Source of the DNA: Malacoraja senta
Lineage: Eukaryota
NCBI GenBank assembly: GCA_038087875.1
Contig: CM075983.1
Coordinates: forward strand, 36,394,001 to 36,458,000
Length of the DNA: 64,000 nucleotides
Reading direction: 5' to 3'
Every line of letters begins with the position of its first letter. Within the stretch, counting starts at the first letter, position 1. The notes under the pieces were generated by a model that was given only the letters and a program-made list of their open reading frames with translations, had not been told where the DNA came from and did not search any database. A program made the position numbers and the translations under genes. Below, piece after piece: positions 1 to 12,400 of this stretch.

Positions 1-1134
1 GCATAAAACCAAATATTTCAAAAGAGTTGTTTTTTATAGAATTATAATTTATAGAATTAGAATCTATAGAATTATAATTAAAGTCAACTACAATTTTTAA
101 TGCTATGGCATGCAGCAAACTTAAGCATTAGCATCAAGTCGGGGGGGGGGGGGGGCAACCATAGTTCAGTAAAAGCCCCAAGAGACCTAAAGCAGATGTT
201 AGGTCCTGGTGAAGCTACAAAACCAAATAGGTACTGAACAGCAAAACTAACGTACTATACAAAGAGCTGCACAAACCTACAGCTAATTGATTGAATATCG
301 CTCTGCAGTCGTGCACATAAAACTGGAGACAGTAGTCAACCCAAGTCTGAGTATTTGGGAGGAGAGGCTTTCAGAACATCCCTCTCCTCAACAACTAAAT
401 AGCTCAGGAGAAAAAGATCAGGGTAATTAAACATCTAACACATCGAACACATATTCTAATGTCCACTCAAGAACTATCCTTACTTACATTGTTGTTCTTC
501 ATACAATGAACAACCATGTGGCATTAAATGATATTTGACGAGTAAAATTATTTTAAATAACTTTTATTACCCCTGTTCAGCGCAGGGGTTGGGATGTTTC
601 CTCTGTATTTGTTGTGTACCAATACAAATGATGGGTTCAATGTAGTTTATGACATGGCCTCAATGATAAGAGTTGTTCTTGTCATCATGTGCGGCACAGA
701 CAATGTGGGCAAAAGCGTCTGGTCCTGTGCTGTACTGTAATACGTTCTTTAAAAAAAACAGAATGAACCCAGGCAAAACTGTCTGCTTCCTTTAATTTGC
801 GAGGATCTCTTCAGTACAACATACTCTCCTCAGAAGGAGATCATCTGCCCCCCTGTTGTTAACCTTTCAGTGCACTGTCCTTACTTGCCTTTTAGTGCTC
901 TCTTCAGACCATACACCCTTGGCTCAGTCATGCTGCCCCCTTCGATGAACAGTTTTGAAAACTGTGGCTCTGCTCCTTTTGATCAACTCTGTTCCTTCAG
1001 AGTCCGATGCTCCCTCCTTTATATAAACCCCATTGTACAGTTACCACATACCCATGTTGAATTGTGCTGGTAGGTGTGTAGTCTGCTATTACTTTCCCAG
1101 TACAGAAAACCAATGATGGTTTAGACCATCACAC

Positions 1135-1429
1135 AGCAGGACAGCGGTAGAGTTGCTTCCTAACAGCGCTAGAGACCCGGATTCGATCCTGACCATGGGT
1201 GCTGTCTATATGGAGTTTGTACGCTCTCCCTGTGACCGTGTGGGATTTCTCTAGAATGCTCTGGTTTCATTTCCACATTCCAAAGACATGCAGGTTTGTA
1301 AGTTAATTGGCATCTGTAAATTGTCTCTAGTGCGTAGGATAGAATTATGGTAAGGGTGATTGCTGGTCAGCATGGACTCAGTGGGCCAAAGGGCCTGTTT
1401 CCACGCTGTAACTCTAAACAAAACTAAAC
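1135..1429 (+). mobile_element. HE1-like V-SINE (tRNA head, V domain, CR1-derived tail)
   Basis: B-box-like GGATTCGATCC, V-domain ggagtttgtacgctctccctgtgacc...caaagacatgcaggtttgtaagttaattgg, tail gggccaaagggcctgtttccacgctgta followed by AAACT-like repeats. Confidence 0.85.
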
Positions 1430-4400
1430 CAATCCCAGGAGTGCAGGCCACAGACATAGAACCACACATCATTTCTTAACTGTACACCTCTCTTGTAGGA
1501 AGCAGCTGCTTGACTGTGAAACATATTTCTGATCAATATGAACTTCGGCCAATAGCCCTCTGCAGCATTAACAGTTATTGGTAACATCCACCCCTCTTTG
1601 TCCTTCAGTAACAAAGTCAAACATTTTCAACCAGGCTGAACTGGACTTCAGTATGAAGTATCCAACAAAAGCTGTCTAAATGGGCATAACATTCAGCTGT
1701 TTGAAAGCAGACAGCTAGGAATAATTTCTAGGCCATTGTTAAACAATGCTCTTCAACCTCACCCATTAAGGAGAAATTCCTGTTCTTCCAACATGAATAT
1801 GCAACAGTCAGGAAGTTTTTTTCCCCCAGCAATATCAAACCAACACTTTACACCGGTAGTATTTATTTTATTTACACCAACCGTATTGCAATTCCACTAC
1901 AACCTTAGAGTTACTTTTACAAAAACAGAGATTGAAAGCCATGTGCTTCTCTCATTTCACACCGTATTGTGCACTAAAACATAATAAAAGATGCACCTGG
2001 CTTACAGGGCTCAGGCAATACTTTACGATGCAGATCAGCAGTAAAATGAAGGCTTTGAATTGCTTCCTCCTCTTACAGATCACACTCACATCAATTACAG
2101 CAATCATGTCACTTTGTGTCCTTTTAAAAACTTTGTTTAATTAGTGACCTACAATATAAGCAATTCATTAACCTTTCACGTACAAAGCTTGAGTCCCAAA
2201 TAATTGAATAACTCTCAGACACGATTGGCTTGCTCTTTTTAAAGGCATTTTCTTGCATTACTGAATCAGCACGAGTGGGTCTCACGGGGTTTATGAATCT
2301 GCCAAATATAAACTGGCTGCCCTCTATTCAGCCATTAGCAATGGACCCCCATCTGTACTTGGGGCTATGAATCTGCACTCAGTATTGCCACCTGCTACAA
2401 CAGTCTTGTTAATGCAGTCAGGCTGACTGTGCATCTGTGAGCTAGCTCTCTGTATAGAAGCTGCATTGTATCTGTATGGTGCATTTGCCCAGCTCAGTGC
2501 CAGTTCTGAGCTCATACTATACTCTTTTTTTAAGATACAGAACCTGTATGTATAAATGCTTAATGACCTCAGGATATCTCACAACAGTTTAAAACCAGTA
2601 GCATCGTGTTGTAACGAAGGACACAGCAGCCATTATGTGCACACCAAAATCACCCATGTGATGTTGGCCTGATAATGTGATGTTTAGAACTGATGTTGGC
2701 TGTGTGGTGAGTATCAGACAATCAGAAGTCCATATCATCATTTGGAATCATATTAACTGTGCAGCAGGATCTATGATTGGAGATTTTTTTTTAATTAATC
2801 ACTGTAAAGCAGCTGATGTCAGCATAACATCTGCTCAGTGAACAGTGTATTGATTCAAAACCAAATGCATTTTCTGGCACTTTTTATATAGAAAAAATAC
2901 CTTGAGGAAATGTTATGATGCAAAGTCTGACAATGAGACATAAAGAAATATTATGGCAAATTACTAATAATAGCAGATTTTAGCAATGATCTGTAAGAGG
3001 AGAGAACCACAAATTATGATAAATGGAACCTTCCCTCCCTACTAACTACTCAATCGCAATTCCAAGAACACACCAGTTGCTTCCCAGTGGACAAAAGAAC
3101 CCCTTCAGGAAAGCTATACCCCAGGCAGCTCACATGTGCCTCCTAGTGGCTGAGTCTGACACCACAAATGTAAGCTGGAGAACTGGTTCCCCGACATCCT
3201 CAGTTGATCACAGCAAGTCAAAACATGGAGAACTCTCTCCACATTACCAAAAAGAACACCCTGATCTCCACAGCGATAAGACAAAGCTATGACTCCTGCG
3301 TACATTTTATTCAAATGTAATTATGTGCCTCAGTTCAAAATATTAAATTGAGTACTTGTATTCTATTGATTGTTGTATTTGGTGGTCTTTGTTTTTGAGT
3401 TGCATGTTTGGAAGTAGCTGTTTCTCTGTGTTTTTTGGCAGGATGTACCAAATACCTCCCTTGTTGCTAAAACTGAGATTCAAATGAATGCACAGTATTT
3501 TCCAGCCCACTCTTTCCCCCTCAACAAGTCCCTAGAAGCAGAAAATCAGTTCCCTTTCCATAAATATGTGCATGCATCTCAGTTTGATAATTGAAGTTTT
3601 GAAAAACAGTTGTTTATTTAATGTGCATTTTAAAGACTGTGACATTGTGAAGGCCTGGTCCATGCTTGTTTTAGCATGTCATATCCCCTCCCCCACCCTC
3701 CTCCTCCACCCCTTTATTGAACGTCAGGCTGTCTACAAAGGTCAAAGTAAATGATTAGCAGTTGGTGCATTTTAAATGTTTCATTAATTATGAGACATTT
3801 CCTACTTGTGACACAATCTCAATAATATGCATAGAGTGCAAAGATTTATAGAACACATCTGGACATTTGGACTATCATTTTATTAGCAAAAACCACAAAA
3901 TATGAGTAAATTCTGCTTCAGTTGTAGTTGCTAGTTTTCCCTCGTCCCTCTGGGCCATATTTTGGCAAAAAGGACAATATTGAAGTTTTACAGGCGCAGC
4001 TCGAAGCTGGCTACCACAGTGCATGCAGCTTCTCCAAGTGCAAGCTGGCCAAAAGTGCTGCAATGTAACAACTACCCCATTCAAAGAAATGTGTCATCTC
4101 CTCTTTGTCTCTCCGTCTTTCCCAACCCCCATCACTTCCACCACCCACCTTGCTTACATTGTCAGATACCTTGTAATGCTAGCAAGCTGATCTCATTCTA
4201 ATACATCCTGGAGCACAGTCTTGTCGTTCCAATGGTTTCATCGCATTGTTTCAGAAAAGTTTAGTGTAAATTTAAACAGGCAAGAGTTACAAACCCAGTA
4301 CATTTCAGTCTTTCCATTGTCAATGAATTTCATCAGACATTCTTTTTAACAGGGGGGTGAAATTAAGCTGGAGGTGTTTTGTTTCATTTAGCCAATATGA

Positions 4401-4785
4401 AACTAAAACAAAAAAAAACTTTTAACATAAAGTTAACAAAAAGTAGCACAAAATAACATGGACAGCTGATTGCCATAATGTGGCCAAAAATTATGTTAAA
4501 TTGTATGTCAATATTAATCTAATCACCACCCAAGTGGCTCAAGTGCCTATGGTACCCACTAGATTTTATGTCCCTGCCTTGTGATTCTGAATTACAAATA
4601 TCTTCCCACTTTAACACTGAGATCAATTGCAGGTCTCTGTAAACTGCAAAGTACAGTGACTTTTGTGGGTCTCACTGGTTACTGTCCTTGAACAGGCATA
4701 GCTTAAAACAACAAGATAGTAAAATGGCATTGACTGTGGCATTCTGTTGTTTCACGAGTCAATGCCTCACAATGCCAGACACCTG

Positions 4786-4867
4786 GTTCTCGACCCGAAA
4801 CGTTACCTATTCCCCAGAGATGCTGTCTAACCCGCCCAGTTACTCCTGCTTTTTGTTTCTATCTTCA
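4786..4867 (+). mobile_element. Penelope pLTR fragment (3' half of hammerhead core plus downstream conserved block)
   Basis: cgacccgaaacgttacctat...gagatgctg...gttactcc, homologous to 52470-52553. Confidence 0.7.
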
Positions 4868-5155
4868 ATCCTGACCTCTGATGTTGTCAGTGTGGAGTTT
4901 GCAAGTTTTCCATGAACAGCTTTGTCCCAAGTGCACCAGTTTTCTCTCATATTCCAACTACATGTCAGTTGGTACGATGATTACCCAGTGAAATGCCTCT
5001 TATGTGAGGTTATCAGTGGAATCTGGGTGGGTTGATTGATGAAAATACGACTTTTTAAAAATGGGTTTAATGTATTAGAATAAATGGATGATTGATGGCC
5101 TGCATGTCTTTAGTGGGCTGTCGAGCCTGTTTCCATGCTGTATCTCTCTTTGACT
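4868..5155 (+). mobile_element. Degenerate HE1-like V-SINE
   Basis: gtgtggagtttgcaagtttt core and tail gagcctgtttccatgctgtatctct. Confidence 0.6.
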
Positions 5156-8100
5156 CCGATTCATAGGGTTTTAGTTAATTTTAACCACTCTGCACTAGTA
5201 TAAATGGCATCATCAACACACATCTGCATTTTGTAATACAAAGCAACTGTGCTGACCTTCATTTTTTCCTCGGGTATTGGTAAGAAGTAATACCAATACA
5301 TAGAGCTTTGTGTAGAAGCTACGTTTTGATGAGAAGATGCCCTCTGGACGACATTAAATGGGATGCCATTATCATGGAAAGAGTCTAGTCTAATCTAAGC
5401 TTTCAGACAGATCACATAAACACCCGATGTGGCCATTTGGATGACAATAGGTCACATGTGAAGGCGCACATTCTTTCCACGGGTGTACCATGCATAATTC
5501 AAACAACACAGGCGTTTTTGTAACCTTTCTGATCCTTGTGGAATGTGCCTGTATTGGGGTATTTCACACAATAGGTTCAACCATAGCTTTTTATAGGTCA
5601 ATAACCTATATTGCAACCCATGCCTGCAGTGGTTTTGACTTTACCTTATCTTGATGAATGATAATTGGAACATGCCTGCAGTACCTTCCTTTAACAAAAC
5701 AGTAGAAATCTAATCTAAGCAGTAAATATTTGACTAAATGGTACAGATTTCCATGCCAGACAACTGAAAAGTGCATTTAAGGGCTTTGAACTGATGCTCA
5801 GTCATAAATTACAGAACACAGCCACCAGAAACTAAAAGAAGAGTTATTATAAATAATCATTTTACATTGCCTTATTTTAAAATATTATTCAGTTGAGTAT
5901 TTGACTAACTATTAATCTTCCTGCCTATAGGGTGTCACAAATGTGCATTGCATTAAAAACACCCACTAATTTTCCCAGTAGTATTCCGAGACTAGGATGG
6001 AAGTCAGACAAAGAACATCATGCATTTAAATAGCACCTGTCAAGCACAAAATGCCCAAAACATTTTTACAGACAACACTTTTTAAATTATAGTGAATGTT
6101 ATAATTTGAGAAGTCTGGAAACCAATTAGCATACACCAACTTCCCACAGACAACATTACAGGGATCAGATAATTTATGCATAAATTAATTCTAGATTCTA
6201 AGGACCTTTTTAATTCACTAAGTTTAGAAAATGAAGGATATCTTTATCAGGATTAATGAGGAAAAAAGACAAAACATTAAATAATAACTGCATTTAAAAG
6301 CTATATCCATCCAAGAGAACACTTGCCCACACTCCCTACACCTTGGTTTGTCTATATTTCCCCCCTCGTCCATTCCCAGTATCTGAGAGAAAATGGCCTC
6401 TGATCCTGGCCTACGATGTGCATATTATGGAACCTGATTCAGATTGCCCCAAAATCCATTTTCCATCTCTTTCCACATTGACATCTCTTCATCTTTACTC
6501 AATTGCTAGCCCAGCATTGTGACTAAATTTGAAGATGCTAATGAGAGATAACACAGCAAAACCCATTTTGCACTGGCTTATAAGGTTCTCCATCATACTG
6601 CCATTTTCATTTTTGAAATAGTGAGCCTTGTTAAATTGTTAGCACATGGTTCAGTTATGTTATTGTGATGCTATCCCACAAAACACACTGCTCCACAACA
6701 GGGTAACTATTGTCTATAAACCAGTTGTGTACACCAGTACATACCAGTTGTGTGTATTAGGGGTGATAAAAGTATGACACTGTTCGGGGGAAGGGTGGGG
6801 GAAGAAAAATGTAAATTTCATATTTACTTGAACTAAGCAAATACAAGACGGCCACCCACAAGTAAAGGACACAAAACACATGTTTAGTTCAGAATATTTT
6901 TTTTCTTAATGGTGGCTAAATACTCTAACCAAGTAATTAATGGGTGAGTTTGTGAGAAGCATGTAGCCCAGGCAATAGGGTAACTAATGTCAAAGGATAT
7001 TAAAATCAATGCTGCCTTCCTTTTGACCATTGTGATCATAGTAGATCAAGACAACATAGACAGAGGCTCATTGCAAAGCAGCTGCTGGAGCCAAACAAGA
7101 GTGAGTTCTGTTGATTCCTCTGCTACAGTCCTACATGAACTGTTTCTTCGTTGATGTCAAGTGCTAGCACAATATCGCCGATGCTAATTCAAATTTGAAT
7201 TTAGCGGGGCTGGGTGTTTGGAGAGATAATGTTCAATGATGCGCATTGATGTACTCAACCAAATCATGATTATTGATATTCAGTGACACTCTCATGAGAT
7301 TTACATGTGACAAAAATTCAAAATGTAGCACCCGTCATGCTGCATCTAAAATCCAGGTTGTGTAGCATGACCTTTTGCATTTAACACGGTATTTTTCCTA
7401 TCCATTTAATATGATGCACCTCAATTATATTTACTTTTTGGTGTATAAAATGTACTTACTTTTCTTTATAATATACAACCTTACCAATTTTTTAGATTCA
7501 GTTTTTTTTTGTTTATAATCAGCGAACAAGGTTCAATTGCACTTTTCCACAAATATTTATTGTATTCAACTACTTTTTTCTATCTGCAGAATAAATTACA
7601 CTTTCAATCTATTATTTAACTGGCATTCACTGCTGTCTGGAGTGCCTCCACATCCAGGATAAAAGGGGGGCAAATGAGCTGAAAAAGAATTGAGGCTTAG
7701 TGTGGTGTAAAGTTTGTGAGGGGAATATTATGTTCCAAACACAACCTACATTCTTCCTACATTCTACAAGGCAAAGAATCCCTTGGACAAACTAGTTGTT
7801 GAAATACTCTTCACTACCCTTTGCAAATTGTACTTTTCAAAACTGATGTAGAATAGGGATTGTTTGAATGACCAATCAACCAGAGGTGGAACTATAAAAC
7901 ACAACCATTTTTTGAATGCCTTCGTCAACCTTTTATTGTAAGTGGGTTAATTTACTCTTTTCAACAAGAAAAGGAAAAAAAAACTTTCTGCAGAACAACA
8001 GGTCAGGAAGAACATTACGTTCAGTGTCTAAATAAGATTGTGTAGATAAAACTTTTGCTAATATAGGAAAGGTTTATTCAACTTTTTAATAAAATGCAGA

Positions 8101-9200
8101 TTCATCTCCCAATATATTTATAATAGCACTATTGATCTCCCACTACTTGTGTTTGTTTCTAAACGATTCTCATTTGTTTCTGCATTCAAACTTCCAGGAT
8201 TTCCTTCTTGTTTTCAGTGTAACTTTTTACAGCTCATGGAAACTTTCACAAACATGTCCATGCTTTCTGTTTTGTTTTCTGAGAATAAAGATTAAAGCAA
8301 TCAATATGTCCTCCCTGTGTTCTTGTTGATGCATCAAAAAGTTTTTCTAGTCCAAACATTTTCACTCTCTTCTATGTTCCACTTTTTTCAGCTACTGTTG
8401 TTACTTCACAACATAACAATCATCTCCTGTTTAATGTTTCAAAAATATCTTAACCTCTTCCTTGCTGTTGTTTCATTTTACAACATATATTGCCAAATCC
8501 TTTGTTTCAGCTTTCACACGCCACAATGTCTGAAAATGACCTGCCTAAAGCAACACTCTCCAGTACCACAAAGTGAATGTTGAAGTTCAAGTATCTTCAG
8601 AAGTGTTCCAAGCAAGGCATTTGATCAAAGATGCTGCTGCGTCCAGCATGGCTCACAATCCACCCCTCAGTCACCCTGATGGTGGAGTAACAGAAATCTT
8701 ACATATCGTTGCAGCACAAGTCAATTGAAGCTTTGTGCAGAGAGCCTAATACGTCAGCACCACTGTTTCACTCACCCTGTTTGCCATATAAAATGTCCAG
8801 GAAAGAATGAGCAGTCCCATTAATTGTATCATTATGTAGCTAATTTGCTCTCCCTTTAATCCTTTTTTAAGTTGAATTTACAATGAAAAGAAATAAGTAA
8901 AAGTAAAATCCAAAACATTCACAACTCCAACACTTGTTTGAATTGAGCCAACTTTACTGAGCCAGTTACCATGTGCTTGTTAACTCCTCGAAAGATAATT
9001 TAAAAAATATGTATGTTTTGTTGAAGAAAAACTAGGTCCAACTAACATTTACTTTGTAAAACTGCAATTCTTTCCAACATCAACTTGATTATCAAAATCA
9101 CATGGCAATAGGAGTGAAACTGATCAAACCATCAATTAAAGGTGGAATCAATAGTCAAGTACCAATTTGGGGTTTGCATGTAAAATGGATGAGTGAAAGG

Positions 9201-9209
9201 ACTCACCTC
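9201..9209 (-). other. Splice donor ending the PCDH19 coding exon (GAG|GTGAGT, intron starts at 9206)
   Basis: Consensus donor right after ...PLPE, where similarity to PCDH19 ends; phase 0. Confidence 0.9.
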
Positions 9210-11663
9210 TGGAAGGGGCATCCCGTTGATGATGAGGTCTGGCTGTTGTTGGGAGCTCTGGGTGTTAGTGAAAGTGTGATACACGTGGTTTCCACTGGCG
9301 TTCCTGGAGTTCTGATTCTCCACATTTAGAAAGGTAGCCTCCGACCTGCGACAACCCAAGGGCAGAGTTTGCTGGTGGTAGTCGAAGTAGTTCAGGGAGG
9401 AGGTGAGGGAAGAGCAGCTGACCACGTTCATTTTATCAGTCTCCTCCATGTCTCTGGGCACGAGCCTGATATCATTCTTGTTGATCTTATTCTTTTTCTT
9501 CGGTTTCTTCTGCTGTCCATAAGAATACTCCGCCACCCTACAGTTGTAAGTCCTGATCTCCTTATTGTCTCGCTTGCACTTGACTGCTACAAAGATCATG
9601 GTCACGAAAAGGATTGCAGCGATGGACCCCAAGGCGATGATGAAGATTAACGATAGGTTCAGGGACCCTGTCGACTCCTGGGCATCTAAGCCAGGGGAGA
9701 GATAGACGGCGACCAAGGCAGTGGCGGAGAGGGCAGACTTGCCGTGGTCCTGCGCCACCACGATCAGTTCATAACTGATCTCGGCCCCGTCTCCGAAACT
9801 TCTGGTGGTCCTGATTTCCCCACTCGTTTGATCCATCTCGAAGAAACCTCGGTCACCATCCACGATGCCGTAGGTCAAGCGGCCGTTGTCGCCTTCGTCG
9901 TAGTCGTCAGCTTTGACCACTGTCACCAAGTAGCCAGAGCCGACGTTCCTGGGGATGTAGACATCGGTGGTGCCATTGACCAAAGGCGGCGCCGTGATAA
10001 TGGGCACATTGTCATTGACGTCCAGGACAAACACCTTCACCGTGCTGTTGCTCTCCAGGGCGGGCGTACCCCCATCTTTGGCCATGACCTTAAACTCGAA
10101 CGACCGGGTCTGCTCGTAGTTGAAGGACCTGAGTGCGTATACGTCTCCCGAGGTGGGGTTGATGGACACGTAGGTGAAGACGGGCATGTCCCTCACCTGC
10201 GACGGGACTATCTGGTAGGAGACGCTGCCGTTCAGCCCCAAATCTACGTCCCTGGCGGACACGGAGAGGAGGTGCGAGCCGGGGGTGTTGTTCTCCCGCA
10301 CGCTGACCTGGTAGAAAGGCTTGGTGAAGTGAGGAGGGTTGTCGTTCTCGTCCGTGATGCGGACGGTGAAGGACTTGGTGGATTGGAGCGAGGGGGAGCC
10401 GCCGTCCTTGGCCTGGATGGTCAGGTTGTAGAAGTCCCTCTGCTCCCGGTCCAACCTCCCATCCACCAGGATGGTGTAGAAGCTCTCGTACTCCTGCAGT
10501 TTGAACGGGACGGCGCCCAACAGTTCGCACTGGACTCTGCCGTTGGCGCCGGAGTCCTGGTCGGAGACTCGCACCAGGCCGATTACGTAGCCGGGAGGAG
10601 CGACCTCGCTCACCTCCACCGTCTCACTGTTGACCGAGAACAGAGTGATGACCGGCACATTGTCGTTCACGTCCACCACGTTCACCGTCACCTTGCAGTG
10701 GGCCGGGATGGAGTTGGGTCCCAGGTCCTTCGCCTGCACGTCGATCTCGTAGATGCTCCCCTCCTCGTAGTCGAGGTTGCCCTTCACCGTGATGGCCCCG
10801 GTCCGGGGCTCCAGTTTGAAGAGTTGCCTGGTGTTGTCCGATACGTAACTGTTGAAGGAATAGACGATTACGCCGTTTGTCCCCTCGTCCGGGTCCGAGG
10901 CATTCAGGTCGATGACCAGCGAGTTGACCGGTGCGTTCTCCAGCACATTGACCGTGTAAGTGGTTTGTTCAAACACCGGGTAGTTGTCGTTGGAGTCGAT
11001 GACTTTAACGTTGAGTTGGGCCGTGCCCAGGTTAGGTGGTTTGCCCCCGTCCAGGGCCGTGATCATGTAGCTGTAGTGAGACTGGACCTCCCTGTCCAGA
11101 GCTTTCTCCACCACCAGCTCGGCAAAGCGGGAGCCGTCCCCCCGACTCTTGATTTCCAGCCCGAACAGTTCGTTGGGCGTTATCTGGTAGGTCTGCACTC
11201 CGAAATCGCCCGAGTCAGGGTCGTAGGCGCTCTCCAGGGGGATCCTGGTGCCCGGGCTGGCCGTTTCCGAGATCTCCAGGTCGATCTGCTCGGTGGGGAA
11301 GCTGGGCGAGTTGTCGTTGATGTCCAGGATCTCCACCTTGACCACACAGATCTCCATGGAATTGACCATCTCCTCCAGCGAAATCACGCATTTGCTGTTC
11401 TGGCCGCACAGCAGGTCTCGGTCGATCTTCTGCTTGGTTACCAGCAGCCCACTGACCGGGTTGATCTCCAGCAGATGCGGCGCTGAGTTGGACAGGACGC
11501 GGAAAACAGGCACCGGCTGCTCCCAAGTTGAGAAGCCAGCGTCTTTCGCTATGTTTCCGATCACTGTCCCGGCTCTCTCCTCTTCCACCACCGAGTATTT
11601 CAAATTAATCACAGCAGCGGCCCGAGCCCAGAAGAGCAGCACAATCAGCAACATCAAACCCAT
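9207..11663 (-). CDS. PCDH19: Protocadherin-19 (delta-2 protocadherin), large coding exon: signal peptide, EC1-EC6, TM, proximal cytoplasmic tail; partial CDS, later exons not found in window
   Basis: Translation matches PCDH19 as I know it: [136 protein letters not shown]. Repeated DxNDN, LDRE and AxDxG calcium motifs. ATG at 11663 (ggcATGG) directly precedes a hydrophobic signal peptide; an alternative in-frame ATG is at 11696. Ends in phase 0 at GAG|GTGAGT. Confidence 0.96.
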
Positions 11664-11759
11664 GCCCGAGCGGTACCTGTTGATTTCTGGATTCATCACA
11701 AACGGCTTCGCGAGGCTGGCATGATGGAAAACAACGACACACAAATCCTCACCGTCCCT

Positions 11760-11937
11760 CTACAGAAGCAATACACGGACAGACACGGAGACGCGCCGAC
11801 ACATTTCCATTCACCTTGCACTTATCCTCAATAAAGTATTTTACGAAAAGGAGCACGGGTCGTGTGGTTTCCCGCTGCAAGCTCCAGAAACTGGTGTGCG
11901 TAGAAAACCTTGCTCCTCCTATTCGTGCAGCACTTAC
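11760..11937 (-). other. Predicted 178-nt intron in the PCDH19 5'UTR
   Basis: Perfect donor GAG|GTAAGT (GT at 11937-11936) and acceptor ctccgtgtctgtccgtgtattgcttctgtAG| (AG at 11761-11760). Confidence 0.6.
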
Positions 11938-12400
11938 CTCAGCACCCAACCGTGTCCAGATCTACAGAGAGGTTGCATGCTGCGGCAGGAGGTTTAATTT
12001 GGATTCAGATCTCAACCCGGAGCTGTTTTATTCCGACCGAAGTTTATTTTGGATCATGCATTCTTCGCAGGTAGAAGGAGCTGTGGGTTGGGAGCCGCTG
12101 CTGCCGGCTGCCGCGGGTCCGACCTCGCCGCGCTGCAATTGCAAAGTGCAACTGGAGAGTGGCGTCTCCGCTCGGTGCGGGCTGAGTCCCGGGACCAGTC
12201 CACCCACAGCCAATGAGAGCCGAATGCAGAGCTTGATCGGCAGCTTCAAATTAACAAGTTCTTTTCAACATTCTCTGGAGCTGAGAGGAGAAGCCGCCAC
12301 TCCTGTGGTTCCATCGCGGAAGGTGGAGCCTGTGATGCGTGACTGAGTGGGAAAGGGAGCGAGCATCTATCTGTGTGATGAGGGTGCGTTTGAGTATGTG
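11938..12400 (-). promoter_or_regulatory. Probable PCDH19 promoter and first non-coding exon, within a CpG-rich domain of about 9.5-14.3 kb
   Basis: High CpG/GC content against an AT-rich background, a CCAAT element near 12209-12213, and position just upstream of the coding exon. The exact TSS cannot be placed. Confidence 0.6.

Noticed and set aside
2200-2520. Possible conserved intronic element
   Set aside because: Looks non-repetitive, but nothing in the sequence alone supports function; it needs a cross-species alignment.
1-9131. Downstream PCDH19 exons (TENYSFD..., CM1, CM2)
   Set aside because: Not found by eye or in the ORF track; probably outside the window, although a short exon could be missed without TBLASTN.
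9744-11486. 580-aa ORF antisense to PCDH19, and the other overlapping ORFs
   Set aside because: Expected shadow frame of a GC3-rich coding exon; V/G/D/H-biased composition and no recognisable domain.
11697-11744. N-terminal extension in the 870-aa ORF call
   Set aside because: It starts at TTG; the signal peptide begins at the ATG at 11663 (or 11696).
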